From Cladosporium halotolerans (taxonomy: Eukaryota), in the NCBI RefSeq assembly GCF_011745625.1, contig NW_027191462.1:372001-436000 (forward strand): a DNA stretch of 64,000 nucleotides, in the 5' to 3' direction. Under the pieces are notes generated by a model, which made no database searches, was not told the origin of the DNA, and saw nothing but the letters and a program-made list of their open reading frames with translations. Below are positions 11,907-23,921 of the stretch, piece by piece; within the stretch, counting starts at the first letter, position 1; each line of letters opens with the position of its first letter. Position numbers and translations under genes: made by a program.

Positions 11907-12951
11907 TTTGCTAGAGGATTGACTGTAGTTCGTTCTGATACGTGATGAAACGTCGCTCAGAATTGCTGAACAGATGCCATTTATCAAAAACCGATGTCGG
12001 GTCACATAGAACCGCCTCCAGACCCAGTCCCGCGAAGTGGACCTTTCTCCGTCGGAAGACGTAAGGTCTTGGCGTTACGGCCCGAACACCTGTATAACAA
12101 AAATGGACAACATCCGCCGCAGATGGACAGCTACTTCAGTTTATTTCACCGTCATGTGCCCATAGAGCGAGGCTTGGTTGATCACTGGAGAAAGTTGCCT
12201 GTTGGCTGGAAATGTCGTGTTTCCTGCGGTGTAAGTGAGGGCAACCGAATGGCGCGGCAGCCCCCCAACCTACCGAAGTTCAGAAGTTTCGCCCACCGTA
12301 GGGCTGGTCGCCCCCAAAAGATAGATGGCAGTCACTCTGACACGAATAGCAAGCCAAACACACTTGCCCATCTGAGTATCCTCGCAGCGAACGCTCCCTA
12401 GAGCCACATGTGATACCTCGCGCGCATGACCCTGCATGGCCAGAACTCCACATGCCCGCCCAGACAGCAGCAGACAAAGCAAGGGAGCGTGATGTACCTA
12501 AATGGACCTGCATGAGTCTCAAATTCCAGCACCAATATTCGACCACGCCACGGCCGCTTGACAAATACATGCCGCTTGAGAGGTGTCTCGTGGCTGCAAG
12601 CTCCTTCGCGGATCTCCAGTTGCCCCGCAAAACCCAATGTTCACCCCCGCTCACCCAGATGGCGCTAGCACTGGGAGAGATCCATGTTTCCCAATCAGAC
12701 TTGACAATGGCGGAGGAAACATACGCTAAGCCTTGAAATGTTTATGAAATCTAGGTGCGCACGGCTGATCTACCCTTGCCGTTCGTCCAGAGCGGGGACT
12801 GGAGGCAGCTGGGGTCATGGTTCAGTATATATTTGTGCATTACCCTGCTGTTTAGGGTGAAATGAGTGTAAGCTTGCTCGCAAGAATACTGTTGTTTTTG
12901 ATTGCCTTCAAACACAATCGCTCTCAATAACGCTAAGTTCGAGAATTCACC

Positions 12952-14335
12952 ATGACTCTCCCATTGCAAGAAGCACAAGATTCCAATGGCACCGGACATG
13001 CCGCCGCAAACGACAAATACATCAAATGGTATAGTCTAGTAACGCCGATATATCATTATCTTCCTGACATAAGGCCAGGAATGCTCAAGGCGTCGAGGTG
13101 GAGCAGCCAGGAGAGAAGGAAAAGATCAAGGAAGTGTCCGATCAGTTCAACCGATTCCAGATGATGAGTGAGTATGTGTTCCAGGGTAGCAATTCAATAG
13201 GGACTGACGCCTGACAGATTTCAATGAACACATGCATTGTCTCCGTGGTACGCATTTGAAGACTCAAGGAGTAAGTGTGAATTGAACGAAGTTCTCGTGC
13301 TCGGTCACTGACAATAGGTCATCACAGTGTGTCGTCGGCAAGTTCGTCGTCCACGACAACCTCCCGCCGCACCTTGCCCAAGGCATGTTCGCAAAGCCTG
13401 CCGTCTACGACTGTATCATGCGCTACTCCTCGCTCACTCCAGAGCTCGTTCCGGACAACATCCCTGCGCCTCGTGGCATCGGCATCAAAGTCTTCGGTGT
13501 CGAAGGAGAAAAGATCTGGGGAGAGGACAAGAAGACGCAGGATTGGACGATGAACAACTATCCGATTCTGGAGTTGCGTGACCCCAAGACTACGTGTGAT
13601 ATCGCAGACTCCTTGGAAAGGAACTGGGACAACATTCCGAAGTTCGCTGAGGAGCAAAGCAAGCGTATCGACGCAGACGTGGCGACTTATGGCAGCCAAC
13701 TACCTCGCCAGCACAGTAAGTGTCGTGTTCTAGCAATTCTGAAATACATGTACTGATTCAACATAGTGGTGGCGATGGGTCAATGGTCTCAGTCGGCTTA
13801 CCGTCACGGCAACAACGTTGCGAAATACGGTGTTTTCCCACTCGGCGAGGAGCAAAAGAAGCTCGAGAAAACTGCGATTAAAGATGACGACCCTATCAAT
13901 GTGATCTCACAGTTCAACCGAGACTTCCACATGAACAACAAAGTCACCTACAAGTTCTGCGCACAGCTTCTCCAGAACTTGGACGAGCAGCCAGTAGACG
14001 ACATCGGCATCGCATGGGACGAGAAGAAGTATCCCATGGAGCAGATTGCGACCCTCGAGTTCGAGCCTCAGGACTCCTGGCTGCCTGAATTCAGGACTTG
14101 GTGGGATGACAGAATTACTTGCAACACATGGCACGGCCTGAAGGCTCACCAGCCTCTAGGCAGCACGAACAGGATGAGGCGTGTCGTCTATGCTGAGTCG
14201 AGGAAGCTGCGCCTGCAGGTGAACGGGTACCGCAACTACATCGAGCCGGCTAGTCTTGACGAAGTGCCGGCACCAATTCCTGCTCCTCAGATCACTCTTC
14301 CGCTGCAAAATGCTATCAAAACGACAGAGGCCTAG
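12952..14335 (+). CDS. Catalase-related heme protein (short catalase-like superfamily member); 4 introns
   Basis: Spliced HCLRGTHLKTQG|CVVGKF (distal His region), RYSS, PRGIGIKVFGV, TQDWTMNNYP, and HQPLGSTNRMRRVVY (R...Y proximal ligand region). Confidence 0.85.
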
Positions 14336-14856
14336 CGATGACAGTGTCTGATACTTTGATGAGTCGGTTCGGCGATGATGAGAATTCGGTAATCGGTGTT
14401 TTTGGCGTACGTATTCTGTCCTCTAGTCTTCCGTCACGGTTTCCGAACATTCCGTGCATTCTTTCGCCTAAGCCACCAGTGCCAATGTGCAAAGTCTTCC
14501 CCATCATGGACCAAATCCATCCTGACGAGGTCCTTCATTATATTCTTTGCAGTCAGGGCCAATAGGAGCCCGGTGCCTGCAGTTGTGTTGCAGAACCCAG
14601 TATTCCCAGCTTCGACATACTCTGGTCCCAAAATGCTCACCACCTTGATGTGATGCCATCTAATGTATTCTTATTAATGAAGCGGTCTAGCGGAACGAGG
14701 CTGCAGAGACAGGTTGGCTCCTCAGCGAAAGCCCTCGCATTTGCTGCGTAACGACCGCCTCTGATCCTTACGAATGACGGGCACATTAAGCATAGGCAGA
14801 CAGATGGGGCTGAGACAGAGCAAGGTGCTGTACTTCTCGAAGGCTCAATTTTGCCA

Positions 14857-15358
14857 TCATGCACTGTTACCCCCAACCCTCTTCCTCTCATCGCCAGAAA
14901 AGCAAGCCCCGCCCTGCTTCAATGCGCCAACCAGCAGCTCCACGCTACTCTGACCTTTGAAGTCACTGGCGCCTCTCAGCTTGTCGAGGTCGTCGGAGAA
15001 CTCTTTGGCGGCCTGGCGGAGGTAGAAAGATTCAAAAGACTGTTCAGCATCCGCTTTTGATGCCTGAGATGGGAGTGCTGAATTTCCTTCCGCGGGTGAA
15101 GGGCTAGCACTTTCTCTGGCCTTTGCTATGCTCCCAGCATTCTTGGAGACGTTTTCAGCCTCGGATTCAGAAGCTGAGCTGTCGCTGTCGGAAGATGCCT
15201 CGGAAGATGATGAAGACACTTTTGAAGTGTTAGCTGTATGTTGGCAGTAAAAATGAAAATTAGAACGAAAATTAGCAGAGGGTGTGCGAACCTTCCGTCC
15301 TTGCTTTCCTGTTTCTTCTTGATTGCTTTTTCTTAGTGACTAATTGTGGAGGAGCCAT
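14857..15358 (-). CDS. RSA3: Ribosome assembly protein 3 (Rsa3)-like; 1 intron
   Basis: Basic N-terminus KKKQSRRNRKARTE|VSSSS, Ser/acidic tract, then FESFYLRQAAKEFSDDLDKLRGASDF...LLVGALKQG. Confidence 0.8.
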
Positions 15359-15514
15359 GCTGAATGCAGTGTGCGTACGGCAGTTGACGATTTGTGTGTT
15401 CGGCGTGAGGACGAAGGGTGAATCCTGGAGAGCTGGTGGTGGTTGCGTACGGCTCAAAACGCTCTCAAATCTAATATATAGATGTTATGCAAAATCTTGT
15501 TACGTCATCCTTTA

Positions 15515-15624
15515 GCTCGACTGGTGTAGTGGCTATCACGTACCCTTCACAGCTACCTTCCGCAGTAAGCTGTTGAATAACCTGTCAACGGGTAAGGTCC
15601 TCAGTTCGATCCTGGGGTCGAGCT
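15515..15624 (+). tRNA. tRNA-Val (anticodon CAC) with 37-nt intron (15552-15588)
   Basis: Acceptor stem GCTCGAC/GTCGAGC; A-box TGGTGTAGTGG; anticodon stem TACCC/GGGTA with loop TT-CAC-A^C; T-arm CTCAG-TTCGATC-CTGGG; downstream TTTT. Confidence 0.93.
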
Positions 15625-16308
15625 CTCCTTTTGCGCATCCAGTAATCCTTCATTGTATGAGGGATGGGTTTTTCGTTTTGGTAGAGCGGAATTCGGGGAG
15701 CATCAAGACATGCAGATGCACTCGATGTAGAGAACATACTTTTGTAATTGTTGAGGCTACCTACACCTTTCTCTACGTGCAAAGCCTATGCATCGTAGAC
15801 TTTTGAGGAGGCTACCTTGTCACAGCCAAAAATTACCGTCCTCTGAGATTGATCAGTTCTTAGGACGACCGGCCTCGGTCGAAACATGCAAGGTCCCGAA
15901 AATCGAGAAGGATGCGGAGCAGATAGGAATAGCCGGCCGTCGGGCAGCATTCACCCCCGACTTCCAAGACTTCAGATTCTGGCTCACAACCAGATTGGTC
16001 TGCTCTCAGCTCACCTTTGGCGACCATCGGAGAACAGAAGCTGCCTAGCCGTCGTGCTACGAGCATGACATGCATTCACGCATGGACAATCGGGACCGTG
16101 TCTCACCGGACTAGACCCGCGTTCCACAAGTCGCCGAGGAGATAAAGCAGCGTGAGATGACACTTAGGCACTACATATACCTTATCTTCTGCCTGGCCTG
16201 GTACTTTCAAGGCATTGGTGATATAATCAAAAATCCACCGACGCCCAAACTCGCTCAATTCAAAAACGCCTCGGCAAGCTCGGGTTAGCGATAGGCGAGC
16301 AGCACAAC

Positions 16309-18237
16309 ATGCTATCGTACTTTTTCTCGACCTGCACGAGCTGTCTTGATGTCTTGTGGAATACGTCTGCCGTTGCAGCTGCTGGCATTGCACTCACTGT
16401 TGCCACACCTGTCCTGGTGATCATACCGCTACAGCTGCACCGCATCTCGTTGGCACCAGAAGGTATACTTTGGGTTGGACAGGACTCCTACTCCTTCTTT
16501 CCCAAGCTCAGGTCAACCCTTGTCGCTTTGATAAATGAGCGACAAAATCTCGAAGAAGGATGGACCAAGGTGCGTGTCTCTCTGGACTGCCTCTCAAATA
16601 TCCTTGCTGATCTTTGGCGGACAGTATAGCAGCAAAGGCAAGCCTTTTGTTCGCCCATCTCTACATTGGCCCTCAGTCGTGCTACCTCCCAGCAACGCTG
16701 AATGGCTCGCAAGACAGCCGGAGAATTTAGTTGCAGACAGCAAAGTCCAAGACGATGTTCTCGCACTCGAATGGCTCGCTTCCGGGCCTAGTAATGCGTT
16801 CATTCACGATTTCACTGTCATCCGGAGAGACCTGACCAGGCAGATTAACGCTTGCATCCCCGAACTTCTGGATGAGATTCGTCATGCTTGCGATACCCAT
16901 TTCTCTCATGGGAAAGATGTTGGCGACGGATGGCAAGAAGTGCTGATCGTTGATGCAGTTCGGAAGGCTGTCTGTGGTGTGGCTAACCGAGTCATTATCG
17001 GACTGCCCGTCTGCAGAAGTGAGGAGTACTTTCACGCTGTCCAGAAATGGTGGGTTTGTTTTGGGCTGACCGGCCTGATTTTCCGATCGTTCATTCCGGG
17101 CCCTTTGCGAAACATCATCATGCCTATCTTGAGCGTGCCGACGTGGTATTGGAGAAGGAAGGTCGCTGCTATGTATGAGCCAGAAGTCTCGAGGCGCATG
17201 GCTCGCATAAAAGAGGCTCATGTCAAAGGCGATGGATTGAAGTCACGCTCTGAGGAACGGGCGAACGACCTCATGCAATGGCTCATCGAACAAGCGCTGC
17301 ACAGCAGTGATCCGGCCGAACGGAATCCTCGAAATCTTTCAAACAAGCTTGTCATGTTCAATCTGTTTGGTGAGTCAAGACAGGCATGGATCATGACCCT
17401 GCGGCTGCAGCCCGGCTGATGAAGTTAACAGCAACTCATACCCTAACAACCGTCCTGACCACCCTATTTACGACATTACTCACCCAAAAGGATTGCAAGG
17501 CAACCCTCGCGGCTCTTCGCGAAGAGGCATTGAGAATCGTACCACAAGCTTCTGGCACACCCACTCTAGCAAAGCAAATGCCGCTGCACGACTCCGTGCT
17601 TCGTGAGACTCTGCGACTCCACCCTTCCTTCGACGACGCCATGTTGCGTGAGGTAGTCGCTCCTGCGGGCCTCACAACGCCTGATGGCTTCTTCTTACCC
17701 CAAGGCTCACACGTTGCAATGCATACGCGCCTTATGCAGCGGTCGGATTGGTCCGGCGACGGGCAAGACTGGGAAACGTTTGAGCCATTCCGGTATTATG
17801 ACATGGCTTCTGGTCGCCAAAGCAGACAGTCGAATGGTGGGACTTCGCAAACTTCCGGCGACGACGCTACGGAGGAAGAGAAAGCTATCGCGCTTCCAAT
17901 CGACAAAGGTCAAATCAGCGCAGTCCAGATTTCGGACCGATATCTACCATTTGGGCTTGGAAAGCATGCTTGGTAAGTGTACCAACGATGGGAGTTGCGA
18001 GTGCGGGTGCGCTAACGAATGCCTCTCCCTAGCCCCGGTCGATTCTTCGCCGCTAGCACTCTTAAGCTAATGCTGGCTTCACTGGTGCTGGAATTTGACA
18101 TGGAGGCCTTTCCTGAGGATAGGCAGCCTGAGTATATTGAGTTTGGTGGCGTGAAACTGCTGAAAGAGCACACAGTCGTTCGGATGAGGCGGATAAAGGC
18201 TGACAGCAAGTACGACAAGATGGATGATGTGCAGTGA
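16309..18237 (+). CDS. Cytochrome P450 (fungal secondary-metabolism type, ent-kaurene-oxidase/CYP503-CYP68-like clan); 3 introns
   Basis: N-terminal TM anchor; I-helix FNLF|ATHT; ExxR (ETLRLHP); EPFRY; heme motif FGLGKHA|CPGRFFA split by intron ~17973-18032; other introns ~16570-16624 and ~17370-17431. Confidence 0.9.
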
Positions 18238-18327
18238 ATGAGCTAATTGCTTTGGAAATGGTGGCACAGAGCCTGATAATAGAACGAGATAAAGTCATCA
18301 GTGTGCGCGAAAACTGACTGAGCATAC

Positions 18328-19155
18328 CTAGTTGTATCCATGCTTTTTGTTGAAATCATCCACAATCTGTCGTGCAGCTGTCACAATCTGCACTGCGTTT
18401 GGGCTGTCAGAGTGGCAGCACAGGGTCACCGGATGGCTCTTAAACGGCATCTCCACTTCTTCGCCCGTCACAGCAGTGACAGACGTATACTCCAGCTGCG
18501 AAGTAATGTGCTTCTTTGTTTCGTCAGACGTCCAGGGCCTACGGATAGAAGTGTTAGCAAAGCAACAAATTTCCAATGAAGAATCTCAGGAAATCGCTCA
18601 CTTTTTCTTGCGATCAATCACGAGCGTGCCGTCCTTGTTGTACTTCACATCGCCATACGCTTCGGCGAAGAAAGGCAACGCCAGCTCGGCAGCCACTTGC
18701 TCATGAATTGTTCCCGCCAGACCAAACACTGGTGTCCCTTTGGGCACAGCAGAATATACCGCCCGACAAACCTCAGCATCCTGGTAGCACATGCCGTACA
18801 ACGTTCCATGAGGTTTGACGTGATGCATCTCCAGCCCCTCAGCGTCGAGAAATGCTTTCAGAGCTCCAATCTGATATCGCACGATGGCGGTCAATTCTTC
18901 TGGATCGTAGCGGATGTAGCGGCGTCCAAAACCCTGGACGTCGGGAAGACCAGGATGCGCTCCGATGGTGATGTTGTGTGCTTTGCAGGCCTTCACTGTC
19001 TGCTGCATGATCATTGGGTCGCCGGCGTGTCCGCCGCAAGCGACGTTTGCATAGTCGATTAAAGGAATCAGTTCGTCGTCCGGTCCAGCTCTGAAATTGC
19101 CATAGCCTTCACCGAGGTCGACATTGATTTTTACTTTGGATGAGATTGGAGCCAT
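18328..19155 (-). CDS. lamB: LamB/YcsF family protein (lactam utilisation; 5-oxoprolinase subunit PxpA homolog); 1 intron
   Basis: INVDLGEGYG, ANVACGGHAGDP, GAHPGLPDVQGFGRR, HHVKPHGTLY, TLCCHSDSP. Confidence 0.93.
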
Positions 19156-19532
19156 GTTGGAAGATGCAGCTTCTGTGGTGGTTGGTGGCAGGTCTTGAGT
19201 TTCGCGTCTAAGGATGTGAAGTCTGTTTGTCGTCGGAGACGCGAATGTGTCGGATTCGGCCTAAGGGAGCATTAGTCAAGATAATCCGAAGCTGATAGTA
19301 AAGATGACGAAACCCTTTGGATTCGCGAAGTTGTGGCGGGCCTCCATTGATGCGGGCCATGGGTTGTTCGGCGCGGGGTCGGATCAGCGTACCGACCTTA
19401 TCAATGGTCAGAAGAACTGCCGTAATGGGGTGATGATCCTCGGCGAGCAGCACGTGGTGCAATGGCTTATAAGTCCCGTTTTGCGATGGAGCGTTTGACT
19501 ACTGTCTAGTTGCAGTGCAACTGTACACGACA

Positions 19533-22500
19533 ATGGACAACATTCAGACCCTACTTATTGCCAATCGTGGCGAGATCGCGGTATGATAAGATGAGATCTG
19601 ATGATATTCCCTATCCCTGCACCACATTCCCTGACATTAGTCCTAGGTGAGAATCATCAGAACAGCGAAAGCAGTTGGTATCAAGACTGTCTCTGTCTAC
19701 ACAAGAGCCGACGTCGCGTCGTTGCACGTGTCCCAAGCCGATGTGGCAAAATTGTTGCCAGGACCGGATGCCTCCGCATATACCGACGGCGATGCGATAA
19801 TCAAGATAGCCAAAGAGGAAAATGCGCAAGCGATCATCCCTGGTTATGGCTTTCTTTCTGAGAACGCCGACTTCGCAAGGGCCGTTAGTAACGCTGGCCT
19901 TGTGTGGGTAGGACCTAGCCCAGAAGCAATCGAGGTAAGACAACCAAACATATCCGCAATGAGAAAGCATTACTGAAGACATTTACTGCAGGCTTTCGGA
20001 ATCAAGCATGGTTTGTTTCGACTATTTGGCTCACCAGAAGTCTTGACTGACAGAAGCCCACAGTGGCTCGCGAGCTCGCTGAGAAGGCTGGCGTCCCCAT
20101 AGTACCTGGTACGAAGGGACTTGTGGAAAGCGCTGAAGATGCCATTAGCGAAAGCCAGCGCCTCGGCTTTCCTGTAATGCTCAAAGGTATCTCAAGCCAA
20201 AGTCTAAGAGAAGACGCTTGAGCTAACACAATCCAGCAACCGGAGGCGGAGGCGGGATGGGCTTGGTCACTTGCAAAGATACTGATGAAGTGAAGAAAGG
20301 GTTCAGCATGGTCAAATCTCGCGGTGAGACGCTGTTCAAGAACTCTGGAGTCTTTATCGAGCGCTACTACCCTGCCAGCCATCACATCGAAGTCCAAGTC
20401 TTTGGCAACGGGCAGGGTACGGCAATTCATTTCGGCGAACGCGAGTGTTCGATTCAACGCAGACACCAGAAAGTCATCGAGGAAGCTCCCTCGCCTTTTG
20501 TCGAAAAGCATTCTGGTCTGCGAGAGAAGCTTGGTGAAGCTGCAGTCAGTCTTGCTCAATCGATCAAGTATGGCTCTGCCGGCACTGTGGAGTATCTTGT
20601 GGACGACAAAAGCGGCGACTTCTTCTTCCTCGAGATGAACACTCGCTTACAGGTCGAACATGGTATCACCGAACTATGCTACGTCGTCGATCTCGTCAAG
20701 CTCATGCTGCAACAAGCCGATGCACAACTAGGCGGCAAAGGCGGCCTGACAGAAGAGCACATCAAGTCTTTGCAACCATCCAAGCCAGCAGGTGTTGCTA
20801 TTGAGGCCAGAGTCTATGCTGAGAACCCGATCCGAGACTTTGCGCCTTCACCCGGTCTGCTCCAGAAAGTGCAATGGGAGCAATTGCAGAATTCTCGAAT
20901 AGACACTTGGGTCTTCACCGGATCAACCGTGACTCCGAGCTACGATCCTCTTCTTGCGAAAGTCATGCTGCATGCTCGTACGAGAGAAGCCTCGATCAAA
21001 GGCATGGAGCTTCTACTGTCTCGATCGAAGATCTGTGGTCCACCCACGAACATGGAGTTCCTCGCTGCGATCATGCGCGACGAGACGTTCCACTCAGGCC
21101 GTACGATCACAAACTTCCTTTCGGACTTCAAGTTCGAGCCTGCTGCCATTGATGTGATTTCGGCAGGCGCATATACTCTCGTGCAAGACCTGCCCGGCAG
21201 ACCCACCGTCGGCAAGGGCATCCCTCACAGCGGTGCAATGGATCCTATAGCACTGAGCATTGCAAACATGCTGGTAGGCAATGGCCGTGGTGTAGAGGGG
21301 TTGGAGATCACTCTCAGTGGACCTGAGTTGCGCTTCCTTGCTCCTGCAGTCGTTGCATTGGCCGGCGCTACCATGGACACAACCCTGGATGGCGACGAGT
21401 TTCCTATGTGGACTCGAAAGCACATCAAAGCCGGCCAGCGACTCAAGATAGGAAAAGCGACAGGCTCGGGCTGCCGTGCTTATCTCGCAGTCCACGGCGG
21501 TTTTCCCAACGTAGCAGAGTACTTCGACAGCAAGTCGACGTCGCCAATTGTCGGAATCTCTGGCTATCAAGGCCGCGCGCTTGCCCCGGGAGATTTGTTG
21601 AGTCTGAAGACAGACCTACCAAAGACACTATCCGGTCACCCATCCGTGCCTGGGAAGCTCAGACCGCAGTACAGTAACCATTGGGAAGTTATGACGATGC
21701 CCGGCCCGCACGACGAGGGCTATCTGACCGCTGAGGACATTGAAATGCTGTACAGCACAGATTGGAAAGTCTCCCACAATGCAAGCCGAAGCGCCATCCG
21801 TTTGATCGGCCCCGTGCCGAAGTGGGCGCGCAAAGACGGAGGCGAAGGCGGAGCACACCCAAGCAATCTCATCGAGTACGGATACCCACTGGGAGCTTTG
21901 AACTGGACTGGCGATGACCCCTGCATCTTCCCGAATGACTGCCCGAATTTTGGCGGGTTCATCAGCAGCAACACGGTCGTGCGGGCGGACTGGTGGAAGA
22001 TGGGTCAAATGAAAGCCGGCGATACCTTACGTTACAAGCGAGTGTCACTTGGTGAGGCTCTTGAACTTCGCAAAGGAGGTAATGGCTTCCTTGATGCCAT
22101 TGGGAAAGCAATTGAAAGCGGCAAGTACGAAGGTGTCTCTCCTCTGCAGATGGGCCACTCGCCGAAAGGCGAGTTCGGCAAGTCGGTGATCTGGGAGCGA
22201 AAGGCCCAAGGAGCTGAGCCGCTTGTCCGCTACCGTCAAGGAGGCGATGACCACCTCATCGTGGAATACGGTAACGAAGAGTTCAATCTCAACCATCGAT
22301 GTCGCACAACAGCTCTAGAGCAGAAGCTGCGTGGCAAGGATGCCCCTAAGTGGCTCAAAGATAATTTGCACGCGTCGACCAGCGGATGCACGACAATCAC
22401 TTTGTTCTATGATGGGCTGCGCCTCCCGCGTGAGCAGCTCGTCCAGCACCTACAGACGCTTGAAGACCAGATTGGAGATCTCAGCAAGATCAAAGTACCA

Positions 22501-23542
22501 TGTCGCCGCTTCAAGCTGCCACTATCTTTCGAGAGCAAAGAGCAAGATGAGGCGACGAAACGGTACATGGAGACGACCAGACCTCATGCGCCCTACTTAC
22601 CTTCCAACTTGGACTTTGTCGCGAAGAACAACGCCTTCTCTCCCAATCAGCTCAAGCACAATTTCCTGCATGGGACGTTTATCGCAGTCATCATGGGATT
22701 CTTCTCCGGCAATACGGTCTCGCTCCCCGTAGACCCACGCCAACGCATGTCGTCCCCCAAAGCGAACCCATCACGCACCTTCACGCCGGAAGGCACAGCG
22801 GGTTGGGGCGGATCGTGCCTCAGTATTTATCCAAGCGACAGTCCTGGCGGTTACATGATGCTCGGTCGCACAATCCCATGTTTTGACCAGTTCGGCTACA
22901 AGGCCGGCTTCGCGCCTGAGCGGCCTTGGCTCTTCCGCGACTTCGACCTCATCGATTTCGAGCGTGTGAATGAAGTCGAGATGGATGCGCTGCTGCTGCG
23001 CTTCCGCTCAGGAACGTACGAATGGCAGTGGGAGCCTGCCGAGTTCGATATGGCGGAGCACAACAAGCTGCTTGCCGATACCGCGGACGAGGTGAGGGAG
23101 ATTCGGGCGCGGCAGGCGAAGGCGCAGGAGGCGATGACTGCGGCCGAGGCTGATTCGTTGGCGAGATGGCGCGAGGAGAAGGCTAAGTCCAAAGTCGACG
23201 AGAGCTCTGTCGACGATATGTTAAACGGTATGTATCTCCCGCAAGTCTGTGCTTGCGTCGTGCATGCGTCAAGAGCGGCATAGCTGACAACGCATCTCAT
23301 CAGATCCGGCGATCAGCAGCATCGAAGCGCCTACCGCCTCGAACGTGTGGAAAGTGCTGGTTGAAGCTGGGGAGAAGGTGTCGTCAGGACAGACGGTGTC
23401 TATCCTGGAAGCGATGAAGCTTGAGATCAACGTCGACGTCCCCGCGGAGCGCTCCGAGGCCGTCGTAGAGCGCGTTCTGGTGCAGCCCGGCGAGGTGGTC
23501 AAGGCCGGCGATCGTTTGATGCTGCTGCGTTCGAGTAAATAA
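19533..23542 (+). CDS. lamA: Urea-carboxylase-like biotin enzyme (biotin carboxylase + two carboxyltransferase/AHS domains + biotin carrier), lamA-type; 5 introns incl. a 19-nt microexon
   Basis: LLIANRGEIA, PGYGFLSEN, GGGGMG, RECSIQRRHQKVIEEAP, FLEMNTRLQVEH; VQDLPGR..SGAMD, GLEITLSGP; YRQGGD, SPGGY; biotin site EAMKLE. Divergent from lamB. Confidence 0.93.
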
Positions 23543-23921
23543 TGAGCAAATGACTTTCCGCCCTGCACAGCTCGCTGGCCTTGCATACGCAAGTGCGTGG
23601 TGCAAGCTCTCCGAGTCTGCTCGAGCAGCCCCTCCCCTCTCCTTGGCACACCATCTGAATACCGGACCTTCTTCCCACCCCAGCCCCAGTGGCCCCATCC
23701 GATTGGGCCCGTGCATCCTATCGTGATATTTCTTATGGGGTACTTGTTCCTTAGTGGTCTCGACCATCGGGCTCGTCTCCGATGCGGCATCATGGGGATC
23801 TCATTTAGCCATCTGAGCATTCTCATCGGCAACACGGCTTCACGCTTCACGCCCTCCACGAGCCCACCGTTGCAGTTGCAGCACATCGACGGAGTCACGG
23901 AGCCCGCCGTATGAATACAAG

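Noticed and set aside
14338..14850. Short ORFs between the catalase-like gene and RSA3 (also 5026-5512, 11994-12736, 15788-16075, 23597-23914)
   Set aside because: No recognisable motifs, splice structure or codon bias; treated as intergenic or UTR, although decayed gene relics cannot be excluded.
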